DNA of 32,000 nucleotides from Candidatus Paracaedimonas acanthamoebae (GTDB lineage Bacteria; Pseudomonadota; Alphaproteobacteria; Caedimonadales; Caedimonadaceae): NCBI GenBank assembly GCA_000743035.1, contig CP008936.1, positions 450,001 to 482,000 of the forward strand, read 5' to 3'. Shown piece by piece: positions 28,801 to 32,000 of this stretch (position 1 is its first letter; each line of letters starts with the position of its first letter). The notes under the pieces were generated by a model. It saw only the letters and a program-made list of their open reading frames with translations, ran no database searches and was not told where the DNA came from. The position numbers and the translations under genes were made by a program.

Positions 28801-28824
28801 TTTGATAACGAAATATGTTTTTAA
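22876..28824 (+). CDS. Bimodular NRPS: A-PCP-C-A-PCP-TE. Both A domains carry a beta-Ala-like specificity code.
   Basis: - A3: YTSGSTGKPKG (23452-23484, and again at +3279).
- A4 reads TFIDSVWE (23587-23607), with the Asp shifted one position.
- The hand-extracted code IDWVTSLADK compares with the beta-Ala code VDWVISLADK as I recall it.
- PCP1: LLGGNSLL, Ser codon 24670-24672.
- C domain: HHIISDG (25246-25266).
- PCP2: KIGGHSLL, Ser codon 27997-27999.
- TE: IHPAGGS and GGWSSGG, Ser codon 28384-28386. Confidence 0.92.
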   Translation: MKALSKITPQSLRNQTTKEYPKDKTIHQLFEEQVEKTPDNVAVIFENQQITYKELNDKANQLAHCLREKDVKPDTFVAIAIERSLEMIIGILGILKAGGAYVPLDPTHPQERIQFMLEDTKAPILLTQIHLNENFKGYSGTIMNLSLQNENEELCIEECFPNTKNTQRISFPVEASQNLETSTTPHNLAYVIYTSGSTGKPKGVLGEHAPMINRFSWMWCAYPFGSNELGFAKTSLTFIDSVWEIFGFILKGIPIVMVSDITAKDPSQIVTIIVSQKVTRIVVVPSLLSILLDIWENVGNIPNSLAFITSSGEKLPETLIKRFLQFRSRTVLLNLYGSSEVAADVTCNTITSKNEEESLFSIGKPIANTDAYILDQHLNPVPIGVTGELYIGGAGLARGYLNRPELTVERFIPNPFSEGRLYKTGDLARYLPNGNIECIGRTDFQVKLRGFRIELGEIEAALQSEPRINQAVVILREDEPGNKYLAAYIVPRVAITESNDNDKERLEREFIVAVRAYLTSKLPEYMVPTTFTIMDKLPLNTNGKIDRRALPKPELKGLVEGYIAPRNATEEQLALLFSEVLGIEKVGIMDNFFLLGGNSLLATKLMNALKIKLQVELALKALFETPTIEGLAKLIEEKLQQERALLRPMLRIMPRPEHIPLSFAQQRLFFLDKLIPNSSMYNVCQALILEGKFSIPALNQAFQIIINRHESLRTIFREKEGEAYQYIADKVEFELDYEDLSGVEGIQKENAVNLLIHTEELTPFNLNQGPLLRAKIIKVNTNEHILLLSMHHIISDGWSMNVLSQELTNYYNTIVAGNKVNTTSLPYQYVDFAIWEREWLQGEVLGEQLDYWSQELQEIPDLIELPLDKPRTTQRTYLGGAYTYELPEEVLAGLKDLCQEQNVTIFMLMLSIFQTLLHRYTSQETIVVGVPIANRHIPGVESLIGFFVNTLAIRMDSINDPKFTDILKQIKQRILAAHDHQDLPFEQLVDALKIDKRLDRQPVFQVMFVMDQWQEELKLTGVKTRLLPIMEDRTAKFDLTLTVTDNGQCLSLTFEYAKDLFNADTIQRLAQHFIVLTTGILANPKAKVAALPLLTDEEKEQQLVTWNQTTKEYPKDKTIHQLFEEQVEKTPDNVAVIFENQQITYKELNDKANQLAHCLREKDVKPDTFVAIAIERSLEMIIGILGILKAGGAYVPLDPTHPQERIQFMLEDTKAPILLTQIHLNENFKGYSGTIMNLSLQNENEELCIEECFPNTKNTQRISFPVEASQNLETSTTPHNLAYVIYTSGSTGKPKGVLGEHAPMINRFSWMWCAYPFGSNELGFAKTSLTFIDSVWEIFGFILKGIPIVMVSDITAKDPSQIVTIIVSQKVTRIVVVPSLLSILLDIWENVGNIPNSLAFITSSGEKLPETLIKRFLQFRSRTVLLNLYGSSEVAADVTCNTITSKNEEESLFSIGKPIANTDAYILDQHLNPVPIGVTGELYIGGAGLARGYLNRPELTVERFIPNPFSEGRLYKTGDLARYLPNGNIECIGRTDFQVKLRGFRIELGEIESTLNTHGEVAQNVIIAREDESEDKKLVAYVVPQLDKLEPFLPRTTLVSSSGSSFSVLIGEISAVLTESLRDHLARSLPDYMVPAFFIYLDKIPLNSTGKIDHKSLPAPDRSLRQVVDGYIAPRTPLELELAKIWSEILKLPKISILDNFFKIGGHSLLALRLLPRINNLLNKKINMLDIFKNPTISLLSKLAESDFVNISESPVICIQEGSKRPPLFLIHPAGGSSYAYLGLTQYIKDYTIYGINNPNFENPIFEFRKIEEIALHYINLIKTIQKEGPYCIGGWSSGGTIAYEIAQQLSLENQEVKSLILIDSSNSISDSEQQEDEFVVGAVDEKLKELVLKNQYESSRLVKNYKPKKLYMKNDVFLIRTKDEPLENHSNQHGWKNFIEKIITVDTPGRHTDLFEPQHIKSTAESIKKCLEYLFDNEICF
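22915..24252 (+). repeat. Repeat R2, copy a: nearly a whole A domain (N-terminus to A8).
   Basis: 1338 bp are identical to 26194..27531 (offset 3279). The antisense ORFs 23700..23966 and 26979..27245 are also identical. Confidence 0.9.
26194..27531 (+). repeat. Repeat R2, copy b.
   Basis: See 22915..24252. Identity starts at the codons for NQTTKEYPKD and ends after RIELGEIE. Confidence 0.9.
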
Positions 28825-28857
28825 TTTTTTAAAGATATTACAGAGAATATATAATTA

Positions 28858-28886
28858 TTGACGCACTGCTATAAAAGGGTAATAAT
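28858..28886 (+). promoter_or_regulatory. Candidate sigma70-type promoter for ORF 28973..30400.
   Basis: TTGACG (28858-28863), a 17-nt spacer, then AATAAT (28881-28886), within the 148-bp gap after the NRPS stop. Confidence 0.25.
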
Positions 28887-28972
28887 CCATGGGCATGTTT
28901 AAAATTATAATTAGTGCAAAATTTAAGTTTTGATCTTAGCGTAATGAATCTTTTTTAATTAATGGAAATAAA

Positions 28973-30400
28973 ATGGTGACACGTAATTCTTTCAGGGTGA
29001 ATACGCAAAGCTCTTCTTTACGCAGAAATTACAGTTCCATTGATAGCCAACTTAATGATTGGAAAACTATATTTCAATTTTTGATGTCCCACAACCTTAC
29101 AAGGAATGATAATATACCTCCGCAACGTATTCCTTTGTCAGCTTTACCGCACTCTGTTACTAAATTGTATTTTAATAGATTAAGAGAATTTTATAATTTT
29201 GTATATTCTGCTTTAAAAACTGATGAACAAAAGTTTTTATGGAGACATTTCTTAAAAGAAGATATCTGTTTCTTATCAAGTTTAAAAATGACTCTGGAAG
29301 GATTTATTTTTTCAACATTTCGTCTTTCTATTTTAATGGATAAAAAGGCAATCTTACAAAATAATTTAGTGGAGCCAGAACTTAAGGATTTAATTACGAG
29401 TGGAAACTGGAGCAATCTGGATTTTTATCACAGCACATTTTCTCCACGAGTATTTCGTTTTCCTGATCCTCCTATGTCTCTTATCGCGCCAATTTTTCTG
29501 AAAGAGGGAGAGCTTCCTTTCAATATCTTTTTAGAAGCCTTATTGATAGGAGATTATCCTTATGGCTTGGCCGTAATTCCTTCGGATCCTACTTTTGTTC
29601 ATGGGGGTACTATAACTGCCCCAGGACTTTTCTATTCTCATGATATTTTGCATTGGCCTGTATTTGATAAATTAGTAAATAAATACCCATATAGATGGAC
29701 AAGATTGCGCCGTTCTTTAAGAAAATTATATTTAAGAAATGCAAAAAATGATGAAGTATTAAATTATTTCATTTTTATGATATTACATGAAGGAATACTT
29801 GCAGATAAATTTGGAAAAAATTCAACAAACTTTGACACAGAGAAAGATATTAAATTTCTTCTAAAGCAAATCGTCAGTGAAATGGCCATTAGGATTGATT
29901 ATCATCGAACCTTCTTAAAAAATTTTTTCCTTGCGAAGCTGCAAGCAGTTTTAGAGAAGCCATTAAAATTATATGCTGCTGATGAAATTGATGAACAACG
30001 TTTAGATGTATTATTTTATAAAAGACTCGCGAAAGATACATATGCTGTTAATGTTGCATTAAAATCTCGCAGTAAGAAAACTATGGAAATTGATTGCATC
30101 GTGAATGCGAAAGCTACTGAAGAAAAATTTTTTTGCGAATGTAGCATATCAAATATAAATGTTACATTCATCTCACCTAAATTAGAAAATCAAGAATCTG
30201 AAATAAAAAAAAGATTATCAGGAGCTGCTATTGTAAAGGACGCGCGTTACTTTTTCTACTTTGATGTAAAAGATCATATTGAGATTTTCAAGCGATTAGC
30301 TGGCTTTACATCTAAGTCAGATCCATACTCTAGTTTTTTGCCATGGGTTAAAGTTGAAGTTAAAAGATTATTAAGTGAATATATTTTACATGACGTATAA
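28973..30400 (+). CDS. Hypothetical protein of unrecognised family (475 aa). It is a paralogue of 18281..19717.
   Basis: It aligns collinearly with the other copy. The central ~170 aa are roughly 70% identical by eye, the N-terminal ~60 aa are divergent, and the C-terminal FLPWV...VKRL motif is shared. Confidence 0.8.
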   Translation: MVTRNSFRVNTQSSSLRRNYSSIDSQLNDWKTIFQFLMSHNLTRNDNIPPQRIPLSALPHSVTKLYFNRLREFYNFVYSALKTDEQKFLWRHFLKEDICFLSSLKMTLEGFIFSTFRLSILMDKKAILQNNLVEPELKDLITSGNWSNLDFYHSTFSPRVFRFPDPPMSLIAPIFLKEGELPFNIFLEALLIGDYPYGLAVIPSDPTFVHGGTITAPGLFYSHDILHWPVFDKLVNKYPYRWTRLRRSLRKLYLRNAKNDEVLNYFIFMILHEGILADKFGKNSTNFDTEKDIKFLLKQIVSEMAIRIDYHRTFLKNFFLAKLQAVLEKPLKLYAADEIDEQRLDVLFYKRLAKDTYAVNVALKSRSKKTMEIDCIVNAKATEEKFFCECSISNINVTFISPKLENQESEIKKRLSGAAIVKDARYFFYFDVKDHIEIFKRLAGFTSKSDPYSSFLPWVKVEVKRLLSEYILHDV

Positions 30401-30598
30401 TAAATTTAATCATGCATATTTTTATATATCTTCACATTTTATAGTTCTAAAAAGTAGTTTTCACTACTCAACTATTAAAGCCCGAATGAGGTGTAAAGCT
30501 CCCAAATTTAGTACCAGGGGGTCGTGTAGTTTTCCGTGTTTTTTATGAATAAACTATATTCATTAGGCGTCATATTTTTTTGATCTTGCTACAAAAAT

Positions 30599-31474
30599 TT
30601 AGACATTGTGAACTGAGATGGTTTGATTTTTGTAATGATTGTATTCCCACTGATTTGGACTTTGATAGTTGAGTGTCGAGTGCCTCCTTTTAGAGTTATA
30701 AAATGTGAATATGTATTCAAAGATATCGGTTTTTGCTTCTTCTAAAGTTTTATAGTTCTTAAAATAGACATGCTCTGTTTTAAGCGTATGAAAGAAGCTC
30801 TCCATTGCAGCATTGTCATAAGCACATCCTGTTTTTCCATGACTCAGTTTTATTCCATGAGTTTGAGCTATTTCATAAAGGTTATTGCTTGTATATTGGC
30901 TCCCCATATCAGAATGATGAATAAGCCCTGAAGGAGGTCTCCTTAATAAGAGAGCTTGATTAAGTGCTGCTAAAATTAAAGAACTTCTCATGTGATCACT
31001 CAAAGCCATTCCCACCACTTTTCGAGAGAATAGATCAAGAATAATAGCCAGATAAGCCCAGGTTCTATTGATGGCAATAAAAGTAATATCTGCGGCCCAA
31101 ATTCTATTAGGAAGAGGAGAATAAAAATTCTGCTGAACGAGATCCTGGGTTGGACGAGTGATATTTTCTGAACGTTTTGTTGTTTTAACAAACTTCCTAT
31201 ACATCTTGGCTTGGATATCATTCTTCTGCATCAATCGAGCGACTTTAACTCGAGAACAAAAAGTTCCCTGAGCACAAAGTTCTGCATGGATCCGAGGACT
31301 GCCATAAGTTTCTCGGCTCTCCTCAAAAATAGTCCTCATTCTTTTAACAGTCTCAGTGTTCTCCAGTTCTCTCTTGCTGGGACTCCTTTTAATAAAATCG
31401 TAATACCCACTGCGAGAAACCCCTAAGACTTGCGCCATCTGATCCAAGGAAAATAAAGTGGTATGATGCTTCAT
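30599..31474 (-). CDS. IS3-family transposase OrfB (DDE integrase core).
   Basis: The N-terminal HTH is LDQMAQVLGVSRSGYYDF. The DDE triad contexts are WAADITFI, HHSDMGSQYTS and YDNAAMESFFHTLKTE. The C-terminus is RRHSTLNYQSP. Confidence 0.9.
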   Translation of the reverse strand: MKHHTTLFSLDQMAQVLGVSRSGYYDFIKRSPSKRELENTETVKRMRTIFEESRETYGSPRIHAELCAQGTFCSRVKVARLMQKNDIQAKMYRKFVKTTKRSENITRPTQDLVQQNFYSPLPNRIWAADITFIAINRTWAYLAIILDLFSRKVVGMALSDHMRSSLILAALNQALLLRRPPSGLIHHSDMGSQYTSNNLYEIAQTHGIKLSHGKTGCAYDNAAMESFFHTLKTEHVYFKNYKTLEEAKTDIFEYIFTFYNSKRRHSTLNYQSPNQWEYNHYKNQTISVHNV

Positions 31475-31533
31475 GAATTCGTACCTTTGCCTCGGGGTTC
31501 GGAGAAGATGGCAACTGCTTTCCTAAGAAACTC
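31471..31533 (-). pseudogene. Remnant of IS3-family orfA (last ~20 codons only).
   Basis: The minus-strand translation EFLRKAVAIFSEPRGKGTNS-stop resembles the usual OrfA C-terminus (..EFLKKA.A.F..). Its TGA overlaps the orfB ATG (ATGA at 31471-31474). Upstream it runs straight into the 3' end of the IS110-type gene, so the exact junction is uncertain. Confidence 0.4.
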
Positions 31534-32000
31534 CCTGTACCAAGTCCTGCATTTTATTCTCTTGCAATATATAACCTAAAGCAGCAGCTCGCTTTGATAA
31601 GTTATCAAGAACCCGCTTTTGATATCGTGCCTCATAGTAATTGGCACCTGGATCAACATATTGCATTCCATAACGCAGAGCATTAAAAAATAATACTGCC
31701 ATTTTTCTAGCTGTTGCAGTAATTGCCTTTGATTTACCAATGCGAGCCGAGAGTCGTCTATAAAACGCACCAAGAGCCGTATTTGTCTTTCCAATTGTTA
31801 CAGCAGCCAATCTTAATGCTGCTGCCGCACGACTTGAGGAACGCCGTGTTCGTGATGATAATACTTTCCCTCCTGATACCTTATTCCCTGGAGAAAGACA
31901 TAGCCAAGAAGTAAAGTGCTTGCTGCTCGGCCAGCGAGACATATCAGTGCCACATTCTGATATTAATTTTAAGGCTAATGAAGGTCCAACACCGTGTATT
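31523..32000 (-). CDS. IS110-family transposase, C-terminal part. The gene continues beyond the window edge.
   Basis: The minus frame is open from nt 32000. It reads IHGVGPSLALKLISECGTDMSRWPSSKHFTSWLCLSPGNKVSGGK...ATARKMAVLFFNALRYG, the typical Transposase_20 / IS110 C-terminal domain. Confidence 0.85.
   Translation of the reverse strand, partial: IHGVGPSLALKLISECGTDMSRWPSSKHFTSWLCLSPGNKVSGGKVLSSRTRRSSSRAAAALRLAAVTIGKTNTALGAFYRRLSARIGKSKAITATARKMAVLFFNALRYGMQYVDPGANYYEARYQKRVLDNLSKRAAALGYILQENKMQDLVQGVS

Larger units (their letters stand above)
30487..31533 (-). mobile_element. IS3-family insertion sequence, truncated at its orfA end.
   Basis: It contains orfB and the orfA remnant. The proposed terminus at about 30487 starts with TG (TGAGGTGTAAAGCTCCCAAATTTAGTACC), 112 bp beyond the orfB stop, which is typical spacing for IS3 ends. 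The other inverted repeat is missing, so the boundary cannot be confirmed. Confidence 0.5.

Noticed and set aside
30401-30486. Possible Rho-independent terminator after ORF 28973..30400 (GTAGT-TTTC-ACTAC around 30455-30468).
   Set aside because: The stem is only 5 bp with weak GC content and there is no following T-run, which is not convincing. Similar weak hairpins after 19717 and 22485 were rejected for the same reason.
31000-31914. Small ORFs within or antisense to the transposase genes (31000..31221, 31211..31426, 31576..31794, 31723..31914).
   Set aside because: They overlap clearly recognisable IS3 and IS110 transposase frames and have no independent support.

Overview
This is an AT-rich bacterial window. 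I saw no rRNA, tRNA or CRISPR array. It is essentially a nonribosomal-peptide island, and every gene except the two IS transposases is on the + strand.

Locus 1 (1..16272) is a multimodular NRPS that enters from the left edge. It is drawn as four ORFs, but it reads as two genes. Each gene is interrupted by the same 1-nt frameshift in a GGGG tract, exactly at the carrier-domain GGHS motif (1291-1294 and 12227-12230). The domain order is A-PCP*-C-A(Cys)-PCP-E-C | A-PCP-Cy-A(Cys-like)-PCP*-C-A(Gly-like)-PCP-TE, where * marks a frameshifted PCP.

Downstream of locus 1 come:
- an MsbA-type ABC exporter;
- an unassignable ~480-aa protein;
- an Sfp-type PPTase;
- a translationally coupled pair, pterin-4a-carbinolamine dehydratase and YhhQ;
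- a HAD-like lipoprotein.

Locus 2 (22876..28824) is a bimodular NRPS, A-PCP-C-A-PCP-TE. Its two A domains are nucleotide-identical and carry a beta-alanine-like specificity code. It is followed by a paralogue of the ~480-aa unknown protein.

The right edge holds an IS3-family element whose orfA appears to be cut off by an IS110-family element that runs out of the window.

The most notable points are:
1. The unknown protein family occurs twice, each time trailing a TE-ending NRPS.
2. Locus 1 is an extreme mosaic. Identical A-domain scaffolds (A1-A3 and A6-A10, plus a whole PCP-C unit in a 2687-bp perfect repeat) surround different specificity cores.
3. The frameshift is duplicated.

The host is unknown. 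The gene content and composition would fit an amoeba-associated lineage such as Legionellales or Chlamydiae, but that is only a guess.
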